The notes: generated by a model from the letters alone, not told the origin. Positions 18,586-27,405 are shown, counted from the stretch's first letter. The stretch: DNA of 64,000 nucleotides from Clostridia bacterium (GCA_017621695.1 JAGASP010000070.1:126-64125), one strand, 5' to 3'. Made by a program: numbers and translations.

Positions 18586-18614
18586 TTGATTTTTACATTT
18601 TGGTTTATTAAGAT
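18586..18614 (+). promoter_or_regulatory. Weak internal promoter candidate upstream of pduL
   Basis: TTGATT, 17-nt spacer, TAAGAT. Sequence match only. Confidence 0.3.
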
Positions 18615-18638
18615 ATTGAAGAAAAGAGGTTACATATC

Positions 18639-19295
18639 ATGGAAATCAATGCCCAGTCTATTGAAGCCATCGTCAAGAAGATCGTCTCCGAGATGGAATC
18701 CCCCGCGTCTTCCGATGACCTGACCATTCCCGTTGGTATTTCCAACCGTCATATTCACCTGTCCCGCGAGGATCTGGACACCCTGTTCGGCAAAGGCTAT
18801 GAGTTGACTCCCATCAAGGATCTGTCTCAGCCCGGGCAGTATGCCTGCAAGGAAGTTTGCACCATCATCGGCCCCTCCATGCGCTCCATTGAGAACGTGC
18901 GCATCCTGGGTCCCATCCGCAAGCAGAGCCAGGTAGAAATTTCCGTAACCGATTCCTTCGTTCTGAAGGTCAAGCCTCCCGTGCGTGAATCCGGTAGCCT
19001 TGCAGGCTCCGCTCCCGTGACCATCGTAGGCCCCAAGGGTATCGTTACCCTCAAGGAAGGTTGCATCATCGCCAACCGCCACATCCATATGAGCCCCGCC
19101 GACGGCGCTCGCTTCGGTGTCAAGGACGGTGACTACATCGACGTAGATGCCATGGACGGCACCAAGCGCACCCGCTGGTTCGACGTGCAGGTTCGCGTTT
19201 CCGACAAGTTCTGCCTGGAGATGCACGTGGACACCGACGATGCAAACGCCGTAGGCTACAAGAACGGCAGCAAAGTCACCATGGTGAAGAAGTAA
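18639..19295 (+). CDS. pduL: Phosphate propanoyl/acyl-transferase PduL with N-terminal encapsulation peptide
   Basis: Duplicated NRHIH motifs (SNRHIHLS, ANRHIHMS). N-terminus MEINAQSIEAIVKKIVSEM. Confidence 0.92.
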   Translation: MEINAQSIEAIVKKIVSEMESPASSDDLTIPVGISNRHIHLSREDLDTLFGKGYELTPIKDLSQPGQYACKEVCTIIGPSMRSIENVRILGPIRKQSQVEISVTDSFVLKVKPPVRESGSLAGSAPVTIVGPKGIVTLKEGCIIANRHIHMSPADGARFGVKDGDYIDVDAMDGTKRTRWFDVQVRVSDKFCLEMHVDTDDANAVGYKNGSKVTMVKK

Positions 19296-19327
19296 TTCCA
19301 CAAACACAAATATAACAGGAGTACATC

Positions 19328-19591
19328 ATGCTCAAAGGTAAAGTGGTGGGGAACATTGTCTCCACAAATAAATTCGACGAGCTCAGAGGTTACAAATTCC
19401 TCGAGATCCAATTGATCGAAAACAAGACCTTGACCGACAAGTATATCATTGCGGTGGATCGCTCCATCAGCGCCGGTATCGGCGAGGAGGTTCTTGTCGT
19501 AACAGGCTCCAGCGCACGCGTGGCTGTGGGGGATATCAATTCTCCCGTGGATGCCGTTGTTGCAGGTATCATCGATAAGATCCAGAACTAA
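19328..19591 (+). CDS. BMC-P pentameric vertex protein (EutN/CcmL/PduN family)
   Basis: 87 aa, MLKGKVVGNIVSTNK...AVDRSISAGIGEEVLVVTGSSAR. Confidence 0.9.
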   Translation: MLKGKVVGNIVSTNKFDELRGYKFLEIQLIENKTLTDKYIIAVDRSISAGIGEEVLVVTGSSARVAVGDINSPVDAVVAGIIDKIQN

Positions 19592-19633
19592 AAAATTCAT
19601 TTGAATAAATCTTTTACATAAAAGGTGTTTCTT

Positions 19634-20959
19634 ATGTCCGATCTAAAACAACTTTTAAAGGATAACGGTGTCGTTGGCGCGGGCGGCGCAGGCTTCCCCT
19701 CCTACTGCAAGCTGGCTGAGGGTGCTGATACGCTCATCATCAATGCCGTGGAGTGTGAGCCTCTGCTTTACACCAGCTACACCCTCATGCAAAACCGTAT
19801 CCGTGACATCGTCATCGGTATGCGCGCCGTCATGGAATACGCCCACATCCCGAGAGGTCTGATTGCCGTCAAGGGCTATCGCGCCGAAAAGCTGGGCTTT
19901 GCCGATGAGCAGGAGCTCGCCGAGGGTGTGTTCATCAAGTACGTTCCCAACGTCTACCCCATGGGTGACGAGATCAACCTCATCTACACCGTTACGGGTC
20001 GCGTGGTTGCCCCCGGGCAGCTCCCCATTACCCAGAAGGTCATCGTTTTCAACATCGAAACCATGCACAACATCGGTTTGGTGGCACAGTACGGTCAGCC
20101 CGTAACCAAGACTTACCTGACGCTGGCAGGCGACATTCCCGAGGCGTTCTGTATCAAGGTGCCTCTGGGTATGAAGATCTCTGAGGTGCTGGAAACCATG
20201 AAGATCAAGGTGCCCGACACCCACGTGGTCATTGACGGCGGCCCCTCCATGGGTAACATCGTCAACCCCAATGTGGACGTGGTAAAGAAGCCCACCTCGG
20301 GTCTGCTTATCCTGCCCAAGGATATCCCCGCCGTTCGGAGCAAGCTCCGCACCGCCGAGGAGAACTTCCGCATGGCCGCCTCGGTCTGCTGTCAGTGCAC
20401 CCGTTGCACGGATCTCTGCCCGAGACACCTGTTGGGCTATCCGCTGGAGCCCCACAAGATGATCCGCGCCACACTCAGCACCTCGCAGGCCGATCCCGAG
20501 CTCATTAAGACCGCCACCATGTGTTGCGGCTGCGGCATTTGCGGACTGCTGGCTTGCTGTCAGGACATCTCGCCCATGCAGGTCATCAAGGAATACAAGG
20601 GCATTCTGGCCAAGAACAGGATGAAGTATGTAGCCAACCCCTCTGATGTGTTTAACGCTTCGCCGGAGCGCGAGTATCGCATGATCAGCGCAGGCAAGTG
20701 GAAGGAAGTTTTGGGCGTGGCCAAGTACGACAAATTCCCTCCCACCTACATCGACGAAAAGCTGAAGGCCAAAGAGGTCTACGTCCCTATGGTACAGCAC
20801 ATCGGCGCCCCCGCCATCCCCATCGTCAAGGTCGGCGACGAGGTCAAGGAGAACGACATGATCGCCAAGGCCGCCGAGGGGCTGTCGGTTCCCAACTTCG
20901 CCCCCATCACCGGTCGCATTACCTATGTGGATGATAAAACCATTGTGATTCGCGCATAA
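19634..20959 (+). CDS. PduS/RnfC-like flavin and Fe-S oxidoreductase
   Basis: GAGGAGFPS nucleotide-binding motif. Two Cys clusters (CCQCTRCTDLCP and CCGCGICGLLACC). An alternative GTG start at 19625 is possible. Confidence 0.85.
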   Translation: MSDLKQLLKDNGVVGAGGAGFPSYCKLAEGADTLIINAVECEPLLYTSYTLMQNRIRDIVIGMRAVMEYAHIPRGLIAVKGYRAEKLGFADEQELAEGVFIKYVPNVYPMGDEINLIYTVTGRVVAPGQLPITQKVIVFNIETMHNIGLVAQYGQPVTKTYLTLAGDIPEAFCIKVPLGMKISEVLETMKIKVPDTHVVIDGGPSMGNIVNPNVDVVKKPTSGLLILPKDIPAVRSKLRTAEENFRMAASVCCQCTRCTDLCPRHLLGYPLEPHKMIRATLSTSQADPELIKTATMCCGCGICGLLACCQDISPMQVIKEYKGILAKNRMKYVANPSDVFNASPEREYRMISAGKWKEVLGVAKYDKFPPTYIDEKLKAKEVYVPMVQHIGAPAIPIVKVGDEVKENDMIAKAAEGLSVPNFAPITGRITYVDDKTIVIRA

Positions 20960-20979
20960 GAAGAAGAGGTATATAGACT

Positions 20980-21525
20980 ATGTATCAGGCTATTGGTATT
21001 ATTGAACTGAAAAGCATTGCCAAGGGCATCGAGGCCACCGACGCCGCGCTGAAGAGTGCGGGCATCCGTCTGGTGCAGGCGCACCCCTCCTGCCCCGGCA
21101 AATACGAGATCATTCTGACGGGCGCGATCGCCGACGTGACCGCTGCTGTGGATCACGTCAAGGGTCGTTTTGACGACCGCATGATCGACTCCGCCGTGAT
21201 CGGCCGCATTGACGAGCAGGTCATCACCGCTCTGTTCGGCACGCAGGCAGGCGAGCGCAAGGGCTCCCTCGGTATCATCGAGGCATACTCTGCCGCCTCC
21301 ACCATCAAGGCCGCCGATATCGCCGTCAAGACCGCCAAGGTCGCCATCCACGAGCTCCGTTTGTCTCGCGGCATGGGCGGTAAGGGCATGGTGCTTATCA
21401 CAGGCGACGTGGGTGATGTGACCGCCGCCGTGGAAGCAGGCGCACAGCACGCCAAGGATCAAGGGCTGTTTTGCAACTCTGCCGTCATCCCCGCCCCCCA
21501 CAAGGAGCTTTGGGAGCAATTATAA
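20980..21525 (+). CDS. BMC-T tandem-domain shell protein (PduT-like)
   Basis: 181 aa with two BMC domains. Cys38 in PSCPGKY sits at the position of the PduT pore [4Fe-4S] ligand. Confidence 0.88.
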   Translation: MYQAIGIIELKSIAKGIEATDAALKSAGIRLVQAHPSCPGKYEIILTGAIADVTAAVDHVKGRFDDRMIDSAVIGRIDEQVITALFGTQAGERKGSLGIIEAYSAASTIKAADIAVKTAKVAIHELRLSRGMGGKGMVLITGDVGDVTAAVEAGAQHAKDQGLFCNSAVIPAPHKELWEQL

Positions 21526-21610
21526 GGAGTACGCAAGGGGCGTTGCCCCTTGACCCCACCGGAAACCTTCTTAAAAGAAGGTTTCTGGACTTCCAAGAAC
21601 CTTTGATGAA
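21526..21610. repeat. Family A palindromic repeat element
   Basis: ggagtacgcaaggggcgttgcccc hairpin followed by the ggaaaccttcttaaaagaaggtttc palindrome and a ccaagaac tail. Confidence 0.8.
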
Positions 21611-21778
21611 AAGGATATTTACCAAGTGAGTAAATACCCGAAAAGAACGGTCGTTTTTTGTTCTATCCAGGGTATTTCACATCACGACCGAGAGCGCGTA
21701 TGCCGCCCATGTGGGTTCTCTACCCCACAGTTATATAACCGAGCAAACAATTCCACTTTATATAATGAGGTTTTTACA

Positions 21779-24310
21779 ATGTCTGAAATCAAATTTACCA
21801 TTGAAAAGAGCCCCCGTATCGCCAAGCTGGTCGCCGATCTCTATGCCAATATGCCCGAGATCGAGGCTGACCGTGCCGAACTGATCACAGAAAGCTACAA
21901 GATGACAGAGCACCTGCCCCTCATCAAGCGCCGCTCTGCCGCTTTTCGTCACATCCTGGAGAACATTCCGATCGTCATCCGTCCCCATGAGCTGATCGTC
22001 GGTTCCAGCTCGGTCGCTCCCCGCGGATGCCAGACCTTCCCCGAGTTCTCCTACGAGTGGCTCCCTCCCGAGTACGAAACCATCGCTACCCGCGAGGCTG
22101 ATCCCTTCTACATTTCCCCCGACACCATCCGCCGTCTGGAGGCCGTTCATCCTTACTGGAAGGGCAAGACCGTCAGTGACCTGGCCGCATCCAATATGGA
22201 TCCCGAGGTGCTGGACGTATTCCTCAACCACGGCATCTTCACCGTCGGTAACTATTTCTACAATGGCGTCGGCCACGTCAATGTAAATTATGAAAAGGTC
22301 ATCAAGATCGGCTACGAGGGCATCGCTGACGAGGCTCGTGCAGAGCTCTCCAAGCTGACTCGCGGTCAGGGCGACTATGCCTCCAAGCGTAACTTCCTGG
22401 AAGCTGTGATCGAGAGCTGCGAGGCCGTCATCACCTACGCCCGCCGCTATTCCGATCTGGCACTCCACGAAGCCGCTGAGTGCACCGATTCCACCCGTAA
22501 GGCAGAGCTGCTCACCATTGCTGAGGCCTGTGACCATGTTCCCGCCAAGCCCGCTCGCTCCTTCCACGAGGCTTGCCAGGCCTTCTGGTTCGTCCAGCAG
22601 CTCATGCAGATGGAATCCTCGGGTCACTCCATCTCTCCCGGACGCTTTGACGTTTATATGTACCCCTACTTTAAGGCCGACCTGGACGCGGGTAAGATCA
22701 CCTACGAATCCGCCCAGGAGCTGCTCGACTGCATCTGGGTCAAGCTCAACGACCTCAACAAGGTGCGTGATGCCGCTTCCGCCGAGGGCTTTGCAGGCTA
22801 CGGTCTGTTCCAGAACCTCATCGTCGGCGGTCAGGATGAATACGGCATGGACGTGACCAACGATCTGTCCTATATGTGCATGGAAGCACAGATGCACGTG
22901 CGTCTGCCCCAGCCTTCCCTCTCCATCCGCGTATGGAACGGCTCTCCCCATTCCCTGCTCATCAAGGCTGCCGCCGTCACCCGCGAGGGTATGGGCGTGC
23001 CTGCCTTCTATAACGACGAAGTCATCATCCCCTCCATGATGTCCCGCGGCTATACCCTTGAGGATGCCCGCACCTACTGCATCATCGGTTGCGTAGAACC
23101 CTCCGCTTGCCACAGAACCGACGGCTGGCACGACGCCGCCTTCTTCAACATGGTTCGTCCTTTGGAGCTTGTCTTCTCCTCGGGTATGGACAAGGGCGAG
23201 CAGATCGGCCCCAAGACCATGGACGTTTTGGAGATGACCTCCTTCGAGCAATTCTACGATGCGTACAAGACCCAGCAGGAATTCTTCATTGAGATGATGG
23301 CACAGGCCGATAACGCCGTAGACGCGGCGCACGCGGCTCGTTGTCCCCTGCCCTTCGAGTCCTGCATGATCGACGATTGTATCGCCAACGGCAAGAGCGT
23401 GCAGGAGGGCGGTTGTCACTACAACTTCACAGGCCCTCAGGGCTTCGGTATTGCCAACGTGGCCGACTCTCTGGCCGTCATGCGCAAGCTGGTCTTTGAG
23501 GATGGCGTGATCTCCATGGCTGAGATGAAGCAGGCTCTCTCCGATAACTTCGGCAAGGGTGCCACCACCAAGCGCGCCCTGGAGCTGACCACCGAGGCTG
23601 CCAAGATGCTGGATGCCGACGGCGTGGACGTCAACGAGGCGCTGATCAAGGCACTCTACGACAGCTTCCGCACCGCCGCCACCATCTCTGCCGACAAGAA
23701 GGCTCGCTACGACGAGATCCTTGCCATGATCGCAGACGTACCCAAGTACGGCAACGACCTGCGCGAGGTTGACCTCTTCGCCCGCGAAGTGGGTCAGACC
23801 TACACCAAGCCTCTGCTGCAGCACACCAATCCTCGCGGCGGTATCTTCCACGCAGGACTGTATCCCGTATCCGCCAACGTGCCGCTGGGTCACCAGGCAG
23901 GCGCGTCCCCCGACGGACGTTTGTCCAATACCCCCATTGCTGACGGTGTCGGCCCCATGTCGGGTCGTGACGTGAAGGGCCCGACGGCTACTGCCAACTC
24001 GGTGTCCCGCCTCGACCTCGGTGACGCCTCCAACGGCACCCTCTTGAATCAGAAATTCCATCCCTCGGCTCTGGCCGGTGAAATGGGGCTCGAGAAGTTC
24101 GTGGCTTACCTCCGCGGCTTCTTCGATCAGAAGGGCATGCACGTCCAGTACAACGTCATCTCCCGCGAGACCCTCTTGGACGCACAGGCACATCCCGAAA
24201 ATTACAAAACGCTGGTGGTTCGTGTGGCCGGTTACTCCGCCCTCTTCACCACCCTTTCCCGCTCCCTCCAGGACGACATCATCAGCCGTACCGAGCAATC
24301 CAGCCTGTAA
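21779..24310 (+). CDS. Glycyl radical enzyme, B12-independent diol (1,2-propanediol) dehydratase-like
   Basis: 843 aa from the ATG at 21779. Glycyl radical motif VRVAGYSA near the C-terminus and catalytic Cys loop IIGCVEPS. Substrate is inferred from the aldolase-containing locus context. Confidence 0.88.
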   Translation: MSEIKFTIEKSPRIAKLVADLYANMPEIEADRAELITESYKMTEHLPLIKRRSAAFRHILENIPIVIRPHELIVGSSSVAPRGCQTFPEFSYEWLPPEYETIATREADPFYISPDTIRRLEAVHPYWKGKTVSDLAASNMDPEVLDVFLNHGIFTVGNYFYNGVGHVNVNYEKVIKIGYEGIADEARAELSKLTRGQGDYASKRNFLEAVIESCEAVITYARRYSDLALHEAAECTDSTRKAELLTIAEACDHVPAKPARSFHEACQAFWFVQQLMQMESSGHSISPGRFDVYMYPYFKADLDAGKITYESAQELLDCIWVKLNDLNKVRDAASAEGFAGYGLFQNLIVGGQDEYGMDVTNDLSYMCMEAQMHVRLPQPSLSIRVWNGSPHSLLIKAAAVTREGMGVPAFYNDEVIIPSMMSRGYTLEDARTYCIIGCVEPSACHRTDGWHDAAFFNMVRPLELVFSSGMDKGEQIGPKTMDVLEMTSFEQFYDAYKTQQEFFIEMMAQADNAVDAAHAARCPLPFESCMIDDCIANGKSVQEGGCHYNFTGPQGFGIANVADSLAVMRKLVFEDGVISMAEMKQALSDNFGKGATTKRALELTTEAAKMLDADGVDVNEALIKALYDSFRTAATISADKKARYDEILAMIADVPKYGNDLREVDLFAREVGQTYTKPLLQHTNPRGGIFHAGLYPVSANVPLGHQAGASPDGRLSNTPIADGVGPMSGRDVKGPTATANSVSRLDLGDASNGTLLNQKFHPSALAGEMGLEKFVAYLRGFFDQKGMHVQYNVISRETLLDAQAHPENYKTLVVRVAGYSALFTTLSRSLQDDIISRTEQSSL

Positions 24311-24510
24311 CAAGGGGCTTTGCCCCTTGACCCTACCAGAACCCTTCTTGAAAGAAGGGTTCTGGACTCCCAAGAACCTTCAAAACATTTATTGATCCTA
24401 TCTCAACAAATCCTTTCCCCATAAACAAATCCCTTTTTAAAGGTTTTTGGAATTCTTAAAACCTTTTTTGCAAAAAGGTTTTAAGCGGGGTTTGGGGCAG
24501 AGCCCCAACG
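24311..24510. repeat. Inverted pair of family A elements (forward 24311-24385, reverse 24437-24510)
   Basis: ggggctttgcccc...agaacccttcttgaaagaagggttct on one side, and aaaaccttttttgcaaaaaggtttt...ggggcagagcccc on the other. Confidence 0.8.
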
Positions 24511-24538
24511 TTCTCCCAACCCCAGAAAGGACATTCAT

Positions 24539-25345
24539 ATGGCTAATTACTACGACCGCGTCGGTCGCATTTTTGATATTCAGCGCTTCTCCATCCACGA
24601 CGGGCCGGGCATTCGGACCATCGTGTTTCTGAAGGGGTGCTACCTGCGGTGCCGTTGGTGCTGCAATCCCGAGTCCCAAGAATATAAATTTCAGGAGATG
24701 ACCATGAACGGCACCACCAAGACGGTGGGGCAGGACATATCCGTCCGCGACCTCATGGAGGAGCTTGTGAAGGACGAGGTCTACTACCGCCGATCGGGCG
24801 GCGGCATCACGTTGTCGGGCGGTGAGGCTATGGCTCAGCCCGAGTTCGCCGAGGCCATCTTCCGTGCCTGCCACGATCGGGGATTTAACACCGCCATCGA
24901 GACTACGGCCTTCGCCGAGCGAGACGTGGTGGCTCGTCTGATCCCCCATATCGACCACGTCATGATGGATATCAAGCACATGGACTCCGCCAAGCACAAG
25001 GCGTACACGGGGCAGCCCAACGAGAAGATTTTGGACAACGCCCGCTGGATCGCCGAGAATGCTCACCATTTGGTGATCCGCGTCCCCGTGATCCCCGGCT
25101 TCAACGATACGCCCGAAGAGATCGCCGCCATCGCGCGTTTTGCCGAGTCTCTGCCGAACGTCCATGAGCTGCACCTGCTTCCCTACCACAGACTGGGAAC
25201 CGACAAGTACACGGGTCTGGGGCGCGAGTACACCCTCTCCCATCTGACTCCCCCCACCGCCGCGCATATGAAGATGCTCAAGGAGACCGCCGAGCGGGAA
25301 TCCCAGAAGCTGACCTGCCATCTTCGGGTGCAAATCGGCGGATAA
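24539..25345 (+). CDS. Glycyl-radical-enzyme activating enzyme (radical SAM), short PflA-like form
   Basis: CYLRCRWC (CxxxCxxC) and GGGITLSGGE motifs. 268 aa with no Cys-rich ferredoxin-like insert. Confidence 0.9.
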   Translation: MANYYDRVGRIFDIQRFSIHDGPGIRTIVFLKGCYLRCRWCCNPESQEYKFQEMTMNGTTKTVGQDISVRDLMEELVKDEVYYRRSGGGITLSGGEAMAQPEFAEAIFRACHDRGFNTAIETTAFAERDVVARLIPHIDHVMMDIKHMDSAKHKAYTGQPNEKILDNARWIAENAHHLVIRVPVIPGFNDTPEEIAAIARFAESLPNVHELHLLPYHRLGTDKYTGLGREYTLSHLTPPTAAHMKMLKETAERESQKLTCHLRVQIGG

Positions 25346-25349
25346 GAAA

Positions 25350-25412
25350 CGGAAGAACGCCAAAGGAATTTTTTGAAAAAGTTCCTTTGGAATCCTCAAA
25401 AGCTTTCAAAAA
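25350..25412. repeat. Family A palindromic element (lacks the GGGGC hairpin)
   Basis: ccaaaggaattttttgaaaaagttcctttgg palindrome plus an atcctcaaaagc tail. Confidence 0.7.
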
Positions 25413-25576
25413 AGCTATTATTGTTACTGGCATTCACCATTGAGATTCCGCCGTTCCGTCATCCTGCGCGAAGCACGGAGTGCGGAGTTGAACCCAAAGG
25501 GCGTTGCGTAGCACCGGGATCTCCTTTCCCGTGTCAGATTACGTGTCCCTTTCCCAACCTTTAAGGAGCATATCAA

Positions 25577-25945
25577 ATGAAAGAACTGGAAATGCACGAT
25601 AAAATGAGGATCGTACAGGAGCTGGTGCCCGGACGGCAGATCACACTACTCCACGTCATCGCCAATCCCGATCCCATTCTTTATCAGAAATTGGGTCTTG
25701 ATCCTAAGCTGGACTACTCCCACGCCGCCATCGGTGTGTTGACCGTCAGCCCCGCCGAGACCGCCGTCATCACCGCCGACATCGCCATGAAGTCTGCCAA
25801 CGTTGATCTGGGATTCGTGGATCGCTTCTCGGGCACCCTCATCATCACAGGTCGTGTCTCCGAGGTGGACTCCGCCTTCACCGCTATCGGTGAGTATTTC
25901 AGAGACACCCTCAAATTCACGGTCTGCGAGAAGACCCGCACTTAA
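25577..25945 (+). CDS. PduU/EutS-type (circularly permuted) BMC shell protein
   Basis: RIVQELVPGRQITLLHVIANP...GFVDRFSGTLIITG matches the PduU/EutS pattern. Confidence 0.88.
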   Translation: MKELEMHDKMRIVQELVPGRQITLLHVIANPDPILYQKLGLDPKLDYSHAAIGVLTVSPAETAVITADIAMKSANVDLGFVDRFSGTLIITGRVSEVDSAFTAIGEYFRDTLKFTVCEKTRT

Positions 25946-26025
25946 GGGAACGAGGGGCTCTGCCCCTGACCCCCGCCTAAAACCTTCTTGAAAGAAGGTT
26001 TTAGGAATTCCAAGAACTTTTAACA
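25946..26025. repeat. Family A palindromic repeat element
   Basis: gaacgaggggctctgcccctgaccccc followed by the aaaaccttcttgaaagaaggtttt palindrome and a ttccaagaacttttaa tail. Confidence 0.8.
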
Positions 26026-26047
26026 AGGATATATCAACTGTATATCT

Positions 26048-26503
26048 ATGAAAAAACTCATACTTATGGGTCGCGTAGCGGCGGGCAAGACCACCCTGAC
26101 GCAAGCGTTGCGGGGCGAACAGCTCCACTACTGCAAGACCCAATACATCAACTACCACAACACCATCATCGACACCCCCGGGGAGTACACCGAGGTGGCC
26201 AAGCTGGGCGCGGCGCTGGCGCTGTACGCCTATGAGGCCGACATCGTAGGCCTGGTCATCGGCGCGGACGAGCCCTTTTGCGTGTTCCCACCCTGCTGTA
26301 CCTGTCTTGTCAACCGTCCCGTCATCGGTATTATCTCGGGCATCGACCGCGAGGGTGCCAACATCGAGCAGGCCGAGCGCTGGCTGAAGCTCTGCGGATG
26401 CGAGAAGATCTTCCCCTGCAGCTCCTATACGGGGGAGGGCCTCACGGCCATCATTGACCACCTCCGTGAGCCCACCGATGCACCGGATGCCTTACCTGTT
26501 TGA
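26048..26503 (+). CDS. EutP/PduV-family small GTPase
   Basis: P-loop GRVAAGKTT and DTPGE switch motif in a 151-aa protein. Confidence 0.85.
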   Translation: MKKLILMGRVAAGKTTLTQALRGEQLHYCKTQYINYHNTIIDTPGEYTEVAKLGAALALYAYEADIVGLVIGADEPFCVFPPCCTCLVNRPVIGIISGIDREGANIEQAERWLKLCGCEKIFPCSSYTGEGLTAIIDHLREPTDAPDALPV

Positions 26504-26598
26504 AATTTCGGTAGGGCACACTTATGTGTGCCCCTACAAGCATCCCCTCATACCGTAGGGGAGGCCCTGTGTGGCCTCCCGTCCATCCAAAATTTCGG
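26503..26598. repeat. Family B double-hairpin element flanked by a 9-bp direct repeat
   Basis: gggcacac/gtgtgccc and gggaggcc/ggcctccc hairpins. aaatttcgg occurs at 26503-26511 and again at 26590-26598. Confidence 0.7.
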
Positions 26599-26613
26599 AT
26601 CAAGGAGGCCACC

Positions 26614-27405
26614 ATGGCTAAAACCAAAGTCATTTGCTTCGCCAACAACAAGGGCGGCAGCGGCAAATCCACCACCTGTGCCAACGTGGGATACAGCATG
26701 GTCACCGAAGGCAAGAAGGTTCTGCTCATCGACGGCGATATGCAGATGAACCTGACGCTGTCTTATTTCGATGAGGATGCGGCGTTGGGCTTTGCCGAAA
26801 GCGGCGAAAATCTTTACACCGCCATCAAGGGGCAAAAGGAACTGACCCCCTTCATCCGCCACACAGCCTATGAAGGACTGGATCTCATTCCCTCCTCTAC
26901 CCTCATGAGCGGCATCGAGGTCGATCTCTTTACCATGTGGCAGAGAGAGTTTATTTTGAAGCAGGGACTTGCCAAGATCAAGGAATCCGATGCTTACGAC
27001 TACATCCTTATCGACGCGCCTCCCACGCTGGGCTGTTGGGTCATGAACATTATGTGCGCCTCGGACTACCTCATCATCCCCGTAGAGGCATCTCCTTGGG
27101 GTCTGTTCGGCATCGCCAACCTCTTTGAGTTCTATGAAAAGCTCCAGAGACTGGCTCCCGATCTCTCCATCATGGGTATCGTGGTCACCAAGGCCAACGA
27201 GAGAAAGAACCAGTTCAAGCAGGCCATGGAGGTTCTGGGATCCCTCGACAACGTCCGTCTGTTTGAAAACTATATCCGTATTGACAGTACCATCGAATGG
27301 TCCCAGGAAAACAGTCTGCCCGTCATGGCTTACAAAAAATCCAGCCGTGCCGCCCAGGAATATCTTGAACTCACCAAGGAGGTTATGAACTATGCCCATC
27401 GGTAA
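26614..27405 (+). CDS. ParA/MinD-family P-loop ATPase (orphan; McdA-like candidate)
   Basis: ATG at 26614 preceded by AAGGAGG. Deviant Walker A NNKGGSGKST, A-prime LLIDGDMQ and Walker B ILIDAPP. Confidence 0.9.
   Translation: MAKTKVICFANNKGGSGKSTTCANVGYSMVTEGKKVLLIDGDMQMNLTLSYFDEDAALGFAESGENLYTAIKGQKELTPFIRHTAYEGLDLIPSSTLMSGIEVDLFTMWQREFILKQGLAKIKESDAYDYILIDAPPTLGCWVMNIMCASDYLIIPVEASPWGLFGIANLFEFYEKLQRLAPDLSIMGIVVTKANERKNQFKQAMEVLGSLDNVRLFENYIRIDSTIEWSQENSLPVMAYKKSSRAAQEYLELTKEVMNYAHR

Noticed and set aside
21611-21778. TATAAT-like box at about 21759-21764 as an internal promoter for the GRE gene.
   Set aside because: It lies only about 15 nt upstream of the start codon and overlaps the RBS region. 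No credible -35 element sits at the right distance.
21758-24373. 871-aa ORF antisense to the glycyl radical enzyme gene. Similar long antisense ORFs occur at 11498-13051, 13922-15565, 15546-16784, 19655-20800, 31854-33830, 43661-44887, 56194-58206, 58286-59812 and 62102-63763.
   Set aside because: These are shadow ORFs typical of GC-rich coding DNA. Their products are Gly/Val/Asp/His/Ala-rich low-complexity sequences with no RBS and no recognisable motifs. In every case the opposite strand encodes a clearly recognisable protein family.
25413-25576. A possible structured RNA or riboswitch in the 165-nt leader before the pduU-type gene.
   Set aside because: I could find only imperfect local pairings. 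There is no match to a riboswitch consensus I can recognise and no terminator/antiterminator alternative. It is more likely another degenerate repeat remnant (catcctgcgcgaagcacgg-type).
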